A stretch of 64,000 bases of DNA from a virus: positions 21,300 through 85,299 of IMG/VR virus record IMGVR_UViG_3300020810_000992; one strand, written 5' to 3'. The position numbers and the translations under genes are program-made. The notes beneath the pieces were generated by a model. The model was not told the origin of the DNA. It was given only the letters and a program-made list of their open reading frames with translations, and did no database searches. Positions 18,666 to 28,505 of the stretch are shown here, piece after piece (the stretch's first letter is position 1; each line of letters starts with the position of its first letter).

Positions 18666-18866
18666 TTACTTACTTCCACCAATATATCCACCAATGACAC
18701 CAATCAATCCTGTGACTGACATCTTCATTAGTGTAATAACACTTTCATCAACTGGTCTATTTTCTTCTAGTGCCACAATGTAGTCGCCTACAATAATAAC
18801 ACCTAACAGTAACAGTACTCCAGATGTAATCATTAGTACTACAATATCTTTAAAGTTTTTAATCAT
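18666..18866 (-). CDS. small two-TM membrane protein
   Basis: Two hydrophobic helices; AAGGA SD. Confidence 0.6.
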   Translation of the reverse strand: MIKNFKDIVVLMITSGVLLLLGVIIVGDYIVALEENRPVDESVITLMKMSVTGLIGVIGGYIGGSK

Positions 18867-18876
18867 AGTCTATTCC

Positions 18877-19713
18877 TTATTGCCTAATTGGTTTCTTTAT
18901 AATTGTTGGGAACGAATCTCGGTAATCAACTTTATAGATTGTTGGCACTTTAACTTTAAATTCATTACTAGTATAACCTAGATCTGAAGGCTTCAGCGTT
19001 ACAAACAGCGTTGTGTGATGTGTTCCGCTTCCCTCTCTCTTGTAACCACAATTAATAGCAAATTTAAATCCGTTTGTCGCATCAACAGTGTATGTTGTCA
19101 CAAGTTCTACGGCTGGATTGGTTTTGAGTTGGTAATTATTTACTCCCCACCACAATTCAAAACCTTCTGGATATACCTCTGGACTTTCGTCCCAATGAAA
19201 AGTGTAGATTCCTTTACTGGATTGCCCGGTTGTATCCGACTGGCTATGTTCATTGGTTTGTGAATGAGTGATCTCAGTACTACCTTCTACAGACAAATCG
19301 TCAGTGCCGACTTTGACCTTCACGCCTACTGTTACTGAGTTAGTGTATGATACACTGTTTGATGTAGTGCTTGACGAATCTACTACGGCTTCGTATGTAT
19401 AGTGTTGCTGATGAACATTTTCATCTAGTGTGATTGGTTGTGGATAATTACTGAATCCGCCTGCGTTTTCTGTCCATGTTACAGTCATATTACTGTCGAA
19501 ATAATTCTGATACACATGGTTGTAATTGTCATCGAAAAAATACAGTGTAGATTGATCTGGATATACTCCCGAATTGTGGTAATGGTATTTTTTACCTTTG
19601 TCATGAGTCCAAGTTCTACAAGTATGCTCTGGTAATTTATATGTTCCACATTGTTTATTAGTTGCTCTATCTAAAAATTCTGCTACTAGTGCGTTCATGT
19701 TTTCGTAAATCAT
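18877..19713 (-). CDS. putative aerolysin/ETX-MTX2-like beta-pore-forming protein
   Basis: S/T-rich strands flanking alternating hairpin SVTVGVKVKVG-TDDL-SVEGSTEITHS. Confidence 0.5.
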   Translation of the reverse strand: MIYENMNALVAEFLDRATNKQCGTYKLPEHTCRTWTHDKGKKYHYHNSGVYPDQSTLYFFDDNYNHVYQNYFDSNMTVTWTENAGGFSNYPQPITLDENVHQQHYTYEAVVDSSSTTSNSVSYTNSVTVGVKVKVGTDDLSVEGSTEITHSQTNEHSQSDTTGQSSKGIYTFHWDESPEVYPEGFELWWGVNNYQLKTNPAVELVTTYTVDATNGFKFAINCGYKREGSGTHHTTLFVTLKPSDLGYTSNEFKVKVPTIYKVDYRDSFPTIIKKPIRQ

Positions 19714-19734
19714 TTTGTTTCCTTTTTAAAGTTT

Positions 19735-20013
19735 TTAATCACGTCTTGCATCTTCTTTGCCTTCATTTGCCGCAATACGATCTACATTGGGTTTTACGCC
19801 TAATGAATATGATAATAGTGCATCAATTTTAACTAAATCGTTGTTCATAGTTTGAACTCGATTATCCAATTGTTTAATAATATTTTTGAGAGTAGTTACT
19901 GAGTCAGTAACTCCTGCTAAAATAAATTTTAATGTTAGAAAAACAAATCCGCCAGCTGCCAATGCGCCAGCGATTGGAAAACCAACATCTTTAGCTAATG
20001 TAAAAAAATCCAT
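19735..20013 (-). CDS. small membrane protein (YvrJ-like), paralog of 18109-18444
   Basis: VGFPIAGALAAGG TM helix then DNRVQTMNNDLVK; TAAATA box upstream. Confidence 0.65.
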   Translation of the reverse strand: MDFFTLAKDVGFPIAGALAAGGFVFLTLKFILAGVTDSVTTLKNIIKQLDNRVQTMNNDLVKIDALLSYSLGVKPNVDRIAANEGKEDARRD

Positions 20014-20126
20014 AATTCATCCTTCACCTATGCTTATATTTACCATATTTGAGTGGCATATCTACTTGACATTATTAAATAATGATGTTACAATTAGACA
20101 TTAAACTACAAGGAGACACACAGTTT

Positions 20127-20660
20127 ATGATTGAAGGTTTTAAACCTCCGTGCGTAACTTTCCGCACACGAGTTAGAGATGAAAGTATTGAAGGACCAAA
20201 CCCATACCGTTGGGAAGATTTAAGAAGCGATGATCTTTTTAAAGGCAAAAGAGTTGTATTGTTTAGCTTACCAGGTGCATTTACACCTACTTGCTCTACA
20301 TATCAACTACCAGGCTTTGAAGAAAATTATGACGCTATCCGTAATAATGATATTGACGAAGTATACTGTATTTCAGTTAACGATGCATTTGTTATGAATG
20401 CTTGGGCTAAATCACAGAATATTCAAAATGTAAAAGTTATTCCAGACGGTTCAGGAAACTTTACTCGTTTTATGGGTATGTTGATTGGTAAAAACCATTT
20501 AGGATTTGGTTTGCGCAGTTGGCGTTATATGTGTATCATTAACGACGGTGTAGTTGAAAAGTGGTGGCAGGAACCTGGCATCAACAACGAAGGCACTGAT
20601 AATGATCCATACGAAGAGTCTACCCCAGATAATTGTTTAAACTATCTGCAAGGACAATAA
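20127..20660 (+). CDS. peroxiredoxin (Prx5/Redoxin family)
   Basis: LFSLPGAFTPTCS, CISVNDAFVMNAW, RSWRY; TTGACA-N17-TACAAT at 20066-20094. Confidence 0.93.
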   Translation: MIEGFKPPCVTFRTRVRDESIEGPNPYRWEDLRSDDLFKGKRVVLFSLPGAFTPTCSTYQLPGFEENYDAIRNNDIDEVYCISVNDAFVMNAWAKSQNIQNVKVIPDGSGNFTRFMGMLIGKNHLGFGLRSWRYMCIINDGVVEKWWQEPGINNEGTDNDPYEESTPDNCLNYLQGQ

Positions 20661-20870
20661 ATGAGCGGCCAGCGCAGATATCTTAGAGTCTGGGCTCGTA
20701 CAGTTGGAATGCCAATTGGTATTACAGATGACGATAAGCCGGAGTTTCTTCCTATATCACAAGATGATGTAAGAAAGGCTCTGGCTTTTCGTACCTTTTG
20801 GATTATACTGCATATTGTTACCTGTGTGATGATTATCGCAGGTAACGGTAGAAACTTAGGATTTTGGTAA
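20661..20870 (+). CDS. small membrane protein
   Basis: C-terminal hydrophobic helix. Confidence 0.55.
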   Translation: MSGQRRYLRVWARTVGMPIGITDDDKPEFLPISQDDVRKALAFRTFWIILHIVTCVMIIAGNGRNLGFW

Positions 20871-21319
20871 TGTTAAAAAAATTAAATATTAAAGATGTGC
20901 TAGAACTAATCGAGGATGATCCTGTTCGACCACATATTACAGCGGAAGATCGTACACGGAATGGTCGTGAAGTATATGCATTATATGAAGACCAATATGC
21001 TACAGAAGCACCTGTGCTACACGAAGGTCCACGGGCAGTCATTTGTGTAGCATATACTAGTGAAGTTCCAACAAACGAAGATGATTTAAACAATATAGGA
21101 ACAGATATTGCAGTATTTTATACCGTTTGGAGTTACGAAAAAGGTGCAGGAAGAGACATTGTATTTACTGTTGCAGAACATATTAAATCACAATATCCAG
21201 ATGTAAAACGATACGTAACATTAAGCCCGTTAACAGAAATGGCTAAGAATTTTCACCTAAAAAATGGTGCAAAATTTATTGCAAAACACTTAAATTGCCA
21301 AAATTTTGAGTATTTTTAA
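20864..21319 (+). CDS. hypothetical phage protein (possible GNAT-like fold)
   Basis: FYTVWSYEKGAGR...TLSP..EMAKNFHLKNGA. Confidence 0.6.
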   Translation: MVMLKKLNIKDVLELIEDDPVRPHITAEDRTRNGREVYALYEDQYATEAPVLHEGPRAVICVAYTSEVPTNEDDLNNIGTDIAVFYTVWSYEKGAGRDIVFTVAEHIKSQYPDVKRYVTLSPLTEMAKNFHLKNGAKFIAKHLNCQNFEYF

Positions 21320-21396
21320 GAATTTTTACCAAAAACGCTTGACATAAATAGTAGTAGTTGTTATAATAGTGTATAAACATTATAAGGCTACTTACT

Positions 21397-21837
21397 ATGA
21401 ACCAAATCGAAACTATTGGTGGAACAGCTAGACAGCGCCGGTATGCTAGGTCTATAGTTGAGTTTTGTATTAAAAATTTGATGCCACGTATGCACACACT
21501 TGACATCACTATAAAACTCTGCAAGCCAGACGGAGCATTGGGCTATTGCTTAGAGGCTGATAACAATCGAACTTTTGAAATTGAAATTGATAAAACTCAA
21601 TCACTACGTGCTTTGCTAGAAACTGTAGCACACGAAATGGTACATGTTAAGCAGTTTGCTCGCAGAGAAATGCATCCTTCAAAAGACGAATGGTATGGTA
21701 AAACTTATAATCCTAAAAAAGTAAGTTACTGGGATCTTCCTTGGGAGATCGAAGCACACGGTCGCGAAGTAGGTTTGTTTATCCGTTGGGCTGAATACCA
21801 CAAACTTGCTGATAAGAAATGGACACAAGATAATTAA
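21397..21837 (+). CDS. zincin-like metallopeptidase
   Basis: TVAHEMVHVKQ (HExxH), PWEIEA; TTGACA-N17-TATAAT at 21339-21367. Confidence 0.75.
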   Translation: MNQIETIGGTARQRRYARSIVEFCIKNLMPRMHTLDITIKLCKPDGALGYCLEADNNRTFEIEIDKTQSLRALLETVAHEMVHVKQFARREMHPSKDEWYGKTYNPKKVSYWDLPWEIEAHGREVGLFIRWAEYHKLADKKWTQDN

Positions 21838-21875
21838 TATTACATGCGAACATTGGTTAACGAAGGAGGAGTAAC

Positions 21876-22922
21876 ATGCCGCAAAAAATTACAGCTGAAA
21901 TCTCAGCACAAGAATTTCAAGACAGTTTTGGATTTGCAGAAGAAAGCGGATTGTACAATGATCCGCTGTTTAGACTTGTTGTAAACAAGTTTGGACGTTG
22001 TTATTGGCTATTGGCTCATGACAATTTGCAAGGTCCACGTTTTAGTGGTAACAATGTTTATTACCAAGGAAACAACTCTCGTCTAATTAGAACAATCTAT
22101 CCTAATGCAAAACGCATTATTGATGTTGGTGCTAACGTAGGCAACAATACTATTGCATATAGTGAATGGGCAGAAAATGTTGAATCATTTGAGCCTACAC
22201 CTACTACACTTAAAATGTTAAAAGCAAACATTGCTATTGCTCAAAAACAAAAATTAAAGGGTGTATATTGGAAAGGTACTGACGAAGCAGGTAACGTCTT
22301 TAGAGATGAAGATGCAACTGCTGGTTGGTATACTTACAAAGGTGTACATCAAAATATGGCTGTTGTTGCAAATGTTACAGTACATGAAGTTGCCGCAACT
22401 AATCGTAATGAAGGTACTATTGATATTTTAGATCATACTGATCACGGTGGACACAATCACGTTGTACTAGATAGCTCAAACGTTAAACTACGAGATAGTC
22501 AAAACTTAGTGCCTGTTCCGGCACGTACAATTGATAGTTATAATTTTGAAGATGTAGATGCAATTAAAATTGATGTTGAAGGTAGTGAATTACTAGTTAT
22601 ACAAGGCGCAAAAGATACAATTGATCGCTGTCGTCCTAGTGTACAAGTTGAAATTGTACCTAAGCAGTGCAACTTGTTTGGTTATGAGCCTCAAGATTTA
22701 TACGACTTCTTTGCAGATCGCGATTATGTTTGTGTAAGTGCAGTAAGACGTCCTGCAAATGCTGATCAGCGCGGAATGTTTTTTGGTAAAGATATTGGAA
22801 TGAAGCATCAACAAATCAAAAAGTATATGGATAGATTATTCGTACCACGCGAAGTACACCTAGCAACAGATTATGGTGCAATGGAACAAGCAAATAACAA
22901 TTTTGGACAATTATTCGATTGA
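21876..22922 (+). CDS. FkbM-family SAM-dependent methyltransferase
   Basis: IIDVGANVG, FEP, IKIDVEGSELLVIQGA. Confidence 0.88.
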   Translation: MPQKITAEISAQEFQDSFGFAEESGLYNDPLFRLVVNKFGRCYWLLAHDNLQGPRFSGNNVYYQGNNSRLIRTIYPNAKRIIDVGANVGNNTIAYSEWAENVESFEPTPTTLKMLKANIAIAQKQKLKGVYWKGTDEAGNVFRDEDATAGWYTYKGVHQNMAVVANVTVHEVAATNRNEGTIDILDHTDHGGHNHVVLDSSNVKLRDSQNLVPVPARTIDSYNFEDVDAIKIDVEGSELLVIQGAKDTIDRCRPSVQVEIVPKQCNLFGYEPQDLYDFFADRDYVCVSAVRRPANADQRGMFFGKDIGMKHQQIKKYMDRLFVPREVHLATDYGAMEQANNNFGQLFD

Positions 22923-23043
22923 CATTATTCGATTAATATCGTATACTGTATAGACAATGAGGCAATAAGTCAATAGTGATGAGCCTGTTGTATATGGAAC
23001 ATAGAAACGTTCCGATAATTTAAACAGTCTAAGGAAACAAACA

Positions 23044-24492
23044 ATGAAAGAACCATACGTAAGTCTATTCAATTATGTAGACAACTGGAAAAAGTCAATC
23101 AACTTTGGATATGCTGACAGCATTAAATCTGCCTACGGAGAAGATCTTTCAATCTTCTTTGGTCCGGAAGAAGAACGAACACCTATCAAATTTTTAGAGC
23201 CTGAAGATTATCAGCGTAAACTATCGCTGATCAAACGTGCAACTATTCCTAATTTGAATGTTAGCAAAGGTGCCCTTAACCTTGAGTCAATGGGTACAGT
23301 AGACTTTGTTACTGCATTTAAAATGGCACTTGATGCTATGCACAGTATCATTGATCCTGAAACAGGCAAACCTGTACTTTACGGTGTACAACTACAAGCA
23401 TATAACTTAGAAGAAGCAGTCATGAATGGACTTGCTGTAGATCAAAGTCTTGTTGCTATGAACATGAAAGCACAACGAGTAATTTACTTGTGGCGTATGT
23501 TTGAGATTGCAATGAACTTTGACAGCAGTCTTGTGTTTGGTGCAAAAGGGCGTTATGCCGCAGACGAAGAACGTGTGTTCCTTAATGATGGTATGCAGGG
23601 TTCAATGGCACTAGCACTTCATGGAGTAAAAACTCTTATTGTAGGCTTTAGTATGAAAGACATGCCTTATATTGACTTTAACCAGTTCTTGGCTTGTAAT
23701 GCAGATGTTGTTCCTATTACAGATTATGACTTTGTAAAAGTTCGTAACAACAGAGCAATGGAAATGCTAAAAGCAGGGCTTGATGTTAAACTAGAAGATC
23801 AGCCAGCATATAATTTGTCAAAGGTACTTAGTGATGTAAACATTACACTAGTACCAGAAAGTGCAACACCTGGTGCAGGCGAAACAAAACACACTGCTCA
23901 TATGCAAAAGCATTTCAAAGAGTTTTGTAAAGACAGCTACTCTAACCGTTTTGCATTCCAAATGGCGCTTAAATGTGTACGCAATGCTTGGCACTTCTCA
24001 GCAATTGATCATGCACCAGTATGGGGACTAACTGAACTGTTTAGTCAAATGCCTAAGAAAGCAGTAACAGACGATCTGCTTATTAAGATTGGTCAAGTAA
24101 TGAGCGAGCGTTGGAGTTCAAGTAGTAAGGTATGGGGCGATGTACTTAAATCTATTCGCGATCAGTATCCTGAAAAGACCAAAAGCGGCAAGTATACTGA
24201 GTGGAAAGATCATCGTTATACAGCAGGTGTAAACCGAGGACTGATGATTGCGGCTTCAATTAAATCGTTAATTGACAATCGCGAAGCATATATTCAATCA
24301 CAGCCTGGCAAACAAAAAGGCTACGATATTAAACTTCCTACTCCTAGCAAAGGCGGATTAGATTTTGAAATTGATATGCCGTATGTGTTTACTGATGCTG
24401 GAGGTAAAGTTGCAGAGTTTACTCATGCAGTTACTAAGACAAAGAAAGAAGTAGATAAAGTAGAAGACGATAAGTTTGCGGAGTTCATGTAA
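23044..24492 (+). CDS. hypothetical protein, possible ParB/Srx-like domain
   Basis: QR...FLNDGMQG resembles the DGQHR motif; own promoter TTGACA-N17-TATACT 22919-22947. Confidence 0.45.
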   Translation: MKEPYVSLFNYVDNWKKSINFGYADSIKSAYGEDLSIFFGPEEERTPIKFLEPEDYQRKLSLIKRATIPNLNVSKGALNLESMGTVDFVTAFKMALDAMHSIIDPETGKPVLYGVQLQAYNLEEAVMNGLAVDQSLVAMNMKAQRVIYLWRMFEIAMNFDSSLVFGAKGRYAADEERVFLNDGMQGSMALALHGVKTLIVGFSMKDMPYIDFNQFLACNADVVPITDYDFVKVRNNRAMEMLKAGLDVKLEDQPAYNLSKVLSDVNITLVPESATPGAGETKHTAHMQKHFKEFCKDSYSNRFAFQMALKCVRNAWHFSAIDHAPVWGLTELFSQMPKKAVTDDLLIKIGQVMSERWSSSSKVWGDVLKSIRDQYPEKTKSGKYTEWKDHRYTAGVNRGLMIAASIKSLIDNREAYIQSQPGKQKGYDIKLPTPSKGGLDFEIDMPYVFTDAGGKVAEFTHAVTKTKKEVDKVEDDKFAEFM

Positions 24493-24953
24493 TGGCAGAC
24501 TTGGTTCAAGTTAGAGAAGAGGGCCTTCGGGCTCTCTCCTCACGCAAGTTTCATCCACAAGATGATAGTAGAACTTACGGAACATTTTTTGAAATGTTTA
24601 AAAAATCTACCAAACAGGATCAGTTCTTAAAACTTATTTGGGCACACTCAGTTAAGTGGGAAGGTGATCCGTTTGAACTTGCTCGTATTGCTCCAGACGA
24701 ATGTCCTATTTTTGGCACGCCGTTAGACTACGGACGCGGATTTAATAAAGTTACAAATCCTAATATTGATAATTATGACGGATTTTTTCAACCAACAGTA
24801 GATCACAAACTTGCTAGATCACTTGGCGGCAAAGACGAAATTAGTAACTATGTAATTGTTTGTCGTAAAGCAAACCAATTTAAAAGTGATATGGGATCTA
24901 AAGAAGAATTGGATACGTTCTACAAAGGAATGGTTGACATTTATTTTAGTTGA
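24492..24953 (+). CDS. HNH endonuclease-like protein
   Basis: CPIFG...PTVDHKLARSLGGKDEISNYVIVCRKANQFKS. Confidence 0.8.
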   Translation: MADLVQVREEGLRALSSRKFHPQDDSRTYGTFFEMFKKSTKQDQFLKLIWAHSVKWEGDPFELARIAPDECPIFGTPLDYGRGFNKVTNPNIDNYDGFFQPTVDHKLARSLGGKDEISNYVIVCRKANQFKSDMGSKEELDTFYKGMVDIYFS

Positions 24954-24971
24954 TGCTATAGTATAAACATA

Positions 24972-25721
24972 ATGTTACTTCAAGAGGCAAATACAATGAT
25001 GGAACTTCAACGTAAGGCATTACCTTTGAAACAAGTTAGTACAGTAGATGCACTAGCAGTTGCATATGCGGCTTACCGCATTAACAACAATACTTACAGT
25101 AAAGACACTCGTCGCTTCTCAGAAGAAACACCTACTCAATTTGACAACAAGAGTCTTGTGCGGTACTACTGGGAAAAGAAACACAATGTAGCAGAAGCAC
25201 AATGGATTCCTACAGACTTCGTAATGTTTGAGCCCACTGAAGAAGACTATGCTAGTGTACAAGAAGCACTCAAGTGGATGAAGCGTTATGTAATGATTGG
25301 CTTAGGTGAGCTAGACAGCTTCAAAGCAGATATGGTTACAGAACTTAACAAAGAACAAGTACCGTTTAAGGGTATGGGTCGTATTGCCTTTGCGCCAGAG
25401 TTTATCAAGCGTGATATGCATGAAAGCAATCTTAAGAAAGAGATCCGTGTAGAGTATCGCGATAGCCAATACTTAGGCAAAGAAAAGGATAGTGTAGAAG
25501 CAGTGATTGCTATCCTTGACAAGCGTTATAGCACACAATGGGAGAGCTATAACTACACAGCAGTTACTACAGAAGGTAACCTAGTGAGCTTTATGAACAA
25601 GTTTGCATATGATGTAGGCGCTATGCTACGCTGTAAGGCTAAGGTAAAAGCACAGACTAAGAACAAGTTGTTCGAAGCAAACGAAACTAGACTAAATTAC
25701 GTTAAACTTTATAAGGTGTAA
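24972..25721 (+). CDS. hypothetical phage protein
   Basis: 249 aa ORF; TTGACA-N17-TATAGT at 24934-24962. Confidence 0.65.
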   Translation: MLLQEANTMMELQRKALPLKQVSTVDALAVAYAAYRINNNTYSKDTRRFSEETPTQFDNKSLVRYYWEKKHNVAEAQWIPTDFVMFEPTEEDYASVQEALKWMKRYVMIGLGELDSFKADMVTELNKEQVPFKGMGRIAFAPEFIKRDMHESNLKKEIRVEYRDSQYLGKEKDSVEAVIAILDKRYSTQWESYNYTAVTTEGNLVSFMNKFAYDVGAMLRCKAKVKAQTKNKLFEANETRLNYVKLYKV

Positions 25722-25723
25722 AA

Positions 25724-25951
25724 ATGAAAACTAAATTTGATAATACGTGTACAGTTACATGTACACATAACGATAATGTTGTAGAAGGCGAAGTTGATAA
25801 TTTTAGAGAAAAAGATTCGATGAGCGTATATATTGCAACAAACAAAATCCATTTTAAATGGAATGGAAAAACTTATGTAGGAAATATGGCAGGTATGGAA
25901 TTTACTACACCTGGTCCAACTGCATATTCATACAATGAAGGGAGACGATAA
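25724..25951 (+). CDS. hypothetical protein
   Basis: 75 aa ORF in operon. Confidence 0.55.
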   Translation: MKTKFDNTCTVTCTHNDNVVEGEVDNFREKDSMSVYIATNKIHFKWNGKTYVGNMAGMEFTTPGPTAYSYNEGRR

Positions 25952-25952
25952 T

Positions 25953-26570
25953 ATGCCACTAGTACCAATGGTGATTGAAAAAGAAGCTCGCGGAGAGCGT
26001 TCATACGATATTTACAGTCGTTTGATGAAAGACCGTATTGTTATGCTAAACGGTCCAGTAGAAGATCATATGGCAAATCTAATCGTGGCGCAGTTGTTGT
26101 TCCTTGAATCAGAAGCACCTACTAAAGATATTAGTTTGTATATTAACTCGCCGGGCGGTGCAGTTACAGCAGGACTTGCTATCTACGACACCATGCAGTA
26201 CATTAAGAGCGATGTGCGTACTATTGTAATGGGTCAAGCATGTTCAATGGGTTCATTCCTAGCACAAGCAGGTGCCGCAGGTAAGCGCATTGTGCTACCA
26301 GAAAGCCGTACAATGATCCATCGTGTTAGCTCAGGCACACGTGGTACAAGCGGTAGTGTGTATGTACAAGAGCTAGAGTTTGAAGATGCTCGTCGTTCTA
26401 TGGAAGAATCAAAGAAAGTAAACAAGCGTCTTACAGAGTTGTATGTTAAGCACAATACGGCAAATAAGACGTATGAAGAAATGGCCGAGACTATGAAGTT
26501 CGATACATTCCTTACTGCACAAGAAGCAGTAGAATGGGGACTTGCAGATTCAGTAGCGGAGAAACGATAA
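25953..26570 (+). CDS. clpP: ATP-dependent Clp protease proteolytic subunit
   Basis: [19 protein letters not shown] (Ser), MIHR (His), DTFL (Asp). Confidence 0.95.
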   Translation: MPLVPMVIEKEARGERSYDIYSRLMKDRIVMLNGPVEDHMANLIVAQLLFLESEAPTKDISLYINSPGGAVTAGLAIYDTMQYIKSDVRTIVMGQACSMGSFLAQAGAAGKRIVLPESRTMIHRVSSGTRGTSGSVYVQELEFEDARRSMEESKKVNKRLTELYVKHNTANKTYEEMAETMKFDTFLTAQEAVEWGLADSVAEKR

Positions 26571-26758
26571 TGCAAGTGCAACCTAAAGATACAAGCAAGG
26601 GACACTTTTATGTGAGTCTTGCTAAGAGTGCTCTGAGACTAATTGGCGCAAGTTGTTTTATTGGTTTAGGGTATTTTCTAAGTCTTCCTTTAATGTTAGT
26701 GGGCGGTGTACTACTATTTGCCGCAGAAGTGCTAGGCATTGTTGAGGAGTTGGTATGA
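26570..26758 (+). CDS. small membrane protein
   Basis: HFYVSLAKSALR then hydrophobic helices, AEVLGIVEEL. Confidence 0.6.
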   Translation: MQVQPKDTSKGHFYVSLAKSALRLIGASCFIGLGYFLSLPLMLVGGVLLFAAEVLGIVEELV

Positions 26759-26937
26759 GCGATGGAGGTAAAGGCAGTGGAAGAAGAAAAGGTGCAGACG
26801 ATGAAAAATACAGAAACAACTACGACAGAATCTTTGGTAAGCGAGACAGTAGCGAACCTAAAGGGGATTCCGACACGAGAAGAACTAATGGAGATGCTCC
26901 ACAAGGAAGTATTGGAAATAACATTCCTAAAACTTGA
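26755..26937 (+). CDS. small basic hypothetical protein overlapping next gene
   Basis: GAGGAG SD; ATGA coupling; MSDGGKGS..YRNNYDRIFGK. Confidence 0.5.
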   Translation: MSDGGKGSGRRKGADDEKYRNNYDRIFGKRDSSEPKGDSDTRRTNGDAPQGSIGNNIPKT

Positions 26938-27160
26938 CGGTGATGAACGTACAATGCCTTGTACACTTATTCCAAGTTATCTCCCTCCTGCTAAAAAAGA
27001 CGCTCCGTTGACTCAAAAGAAAGTTCGAGAGATTTCAGACAAGGTTGTAGCAGTTTGGGCATTAGAGAGTAATGCCTTTCGTAGCTTCCGTTATGATCGT
27101 GTAAAAGAGGTAAAGGTACTCGAAGGTCTATGGAGAGGCACAACTGATGAAAACGTATAA
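26801..27160 (+). CDS. WYL-like/SH3 beta-barrel protein
   Basis: ITFLKLDGDERTMPCTL...VWALESNAFRSFRYDRV. Confidence 0.7.
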   Translation: MKNTETTTTESLVSETVANLKGIPTREELMEMLHKEVLEITFLKLDGDERTMPCTLIPSYLPPAKKDAPLTQKKVREISDKVVAVWALESNAFRSFRYDRVKEVKVLEGLWRGTTDENV

Positions 27161-27323
27161 GTACGAAGACTTATTTTCAGACATTCCAGATGATCCTGAA
27201 AATGTGTTGCTAACTTTTCCTCCTGAGATTATGGAAGAAGCAGGATGGAAAGAAGGCGATACACTTAGATTTGAAGTAGTCAATGGCGGCCTTTCAATTA
27301 TAAAGGTTGACAATGTTTCATAA
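27147..27323 (+). CDS. AbrB/MazE-like small protein (not in ORF track)
   Basis: MKTYKYEDLFSDIPDDPENVLLTFPPEIMEEAGWKEGDTLRFEVVNGGLSIIKVDNVS. Confidence 0.65.
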   Translation: MKTYKYEDLFSDIPDDPENVLLTFPPEIMEEAGWKEGDTLRFEVVNGGLSIIKVDNVS

Positions 27324-27909
27324 ATTCTTTCCTACGTTAATTGCAGAATTTGATCTTAGTAAAAAAGTAGATAATGATACTATCCTAAAGAAAATAGGAA
27401 TTAGTGGTCTACAGATGCATGGCATCTTAAATAAGGGATTGAGCAGTTACCTAGGTGGATATGATTGTTTGTTAACACGATTAGCAATGCACGATTTACG
27501 CAGTGCTATTCAAGAGTGTCTTAATGAGTATTGTAAAGAAGCAGGTCTAGAACAAAATAAAATTGTAAACAGTTGGTGTAATGTATTAAAAGAAGGCGGC
27601 AATGTTAAACGACACAGACATGAAAAATCAGTACTAAGTGGTGCTTACTACCCAGTGAGCGATGCAGACGACTGCCCGTTGTTTATTGAAAATCCCAATA
27701 CTGTTTTTAAAATGACTGAAAGTAAAGTTAATGAAACAGAATACAATACAGAACGTGTAGGCTTTACTACTGAAGCAGGTAAACTAATTATTTGGCCAAG
27801 TTACTTGTATCATGAGACTCCTCGAAATGCAAGTGATGATCGATACACGATTAGTTTTAATACACTAGACTTGTCCTATATTAATTCTTTACATAAATTA
27901 GAAGATTAG
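27313..27909 (+). CDS. 2OG-Fe(II) oxygenase-like protein
   Basis: SWCN, HRH, LSGAYY, IWPSYLYHE, RYTISFN. Confidence 0.82.
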   Translation: MFHKFFPTLIAEFDLSKKVDNDTILKKIGISGLQMHGILNKGLSSYLGGYDCLLTRLAMHDLRSAIQECLNEYCKEAGLEQNKIVNSWCNVLKEGGNVKRHRHEKSVLSGAYYPVSDADDCPLFIENPNTVFKMTESKVNETEYNTERVGFTTEAGKLIIWPSYLYHETPRNASDDRYTISFNTLDLSYINSLHKLED

Positions 27910-27956
27910 ATAAAAAAAGTCTTGACAATAGATATAGAAGGTGTTATATTAATAAT

Positions 27957-28409
27957 ATGAAAAATACATTAGCAATGGCATGTGTGGCACTAGCGATAGC
28001 AGGTCCTGCATATGCAAATAAAACTAGTTACGCAAACATTGAGGATCACTATAAAACAGTTATCCAACAGAGTCCGTATAAAGTAGAAGTATGCAGAGAT
28101 GTGCAAGTACCTACAAAAGGTGCTAATACTTTTGACAAGGACTCAGCAATCATTGGCGGCATCATTGGCGGCATCATTGGTAATCAAGTTGGTAAAGGTA
28201 GTGGCAAGGAAGCCGCAACCGGCGTTGGTGCTCTAACAGGTGCTATTATTGGTGGTAACAAACAAGGACCTACAACTTATACAACACAACGTCAGTGCGA
28301 AATTGAAACTCGTTACAAAGAAACACAGAAGGAAGTATACAGTCATAGCACAGTTACTTTCAGCGATGAGAATGGTCGTAGCTATACGCTCAGTTTTCAA
28401 AAGAAGTAA
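27957..28409 (+). CDS. glycine-zipper 2TM secreted protein
   Basis: Signal peptide; IIGGIIGGIIGNQVGKGSGKEAATGVGALTGAIIG. Confidence 0.85.
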   Translation: MKNTLAMACVALAIAGPAYANKTSYANIEDHYKTVIQQSPYKVEVCRDVQVPTKGANTFDKDSAIIGGIIGGIIGNQVGKGSGKEAATGVGALTGAIIGGNKQGPTTYTTQRQCEIETRYKETQKEVYSHSTVTFSDENGRSYTLSFQKK

Positions 28410-28505
28410 TTGACATGCACTAAATAAAGTGCTAATATAATAACGTAAACTAAAAAGGAGAAGTGCTAATACGGTTGATATAACCGTAAAAGGATAAATA
28501 AATGT

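Noticed and set aside
22975-23015. Hammerhead-like TGATGA...GAAAC in the leader of the 23044 gene
   Set aside because: Core reads GTGATGA rather than CTGATGA, and stems I-III cannot be built in the right register.
28149-28181. 12-bp tandem repeat ATCATTGGCGGC
   Set aside because: Encodes the IIGG glycine zipper; not a CRISPR or contingency locus.
28456-28483. Mini-ORF GTG CTA ATA CGG TTG ATA TAA after AGGAG, as a second leader peptide
   Set aside because: SD-to-start spacing is only 2 nt, there are no Ser/Gly/Thr control codons, and no terminator U-tract follows.
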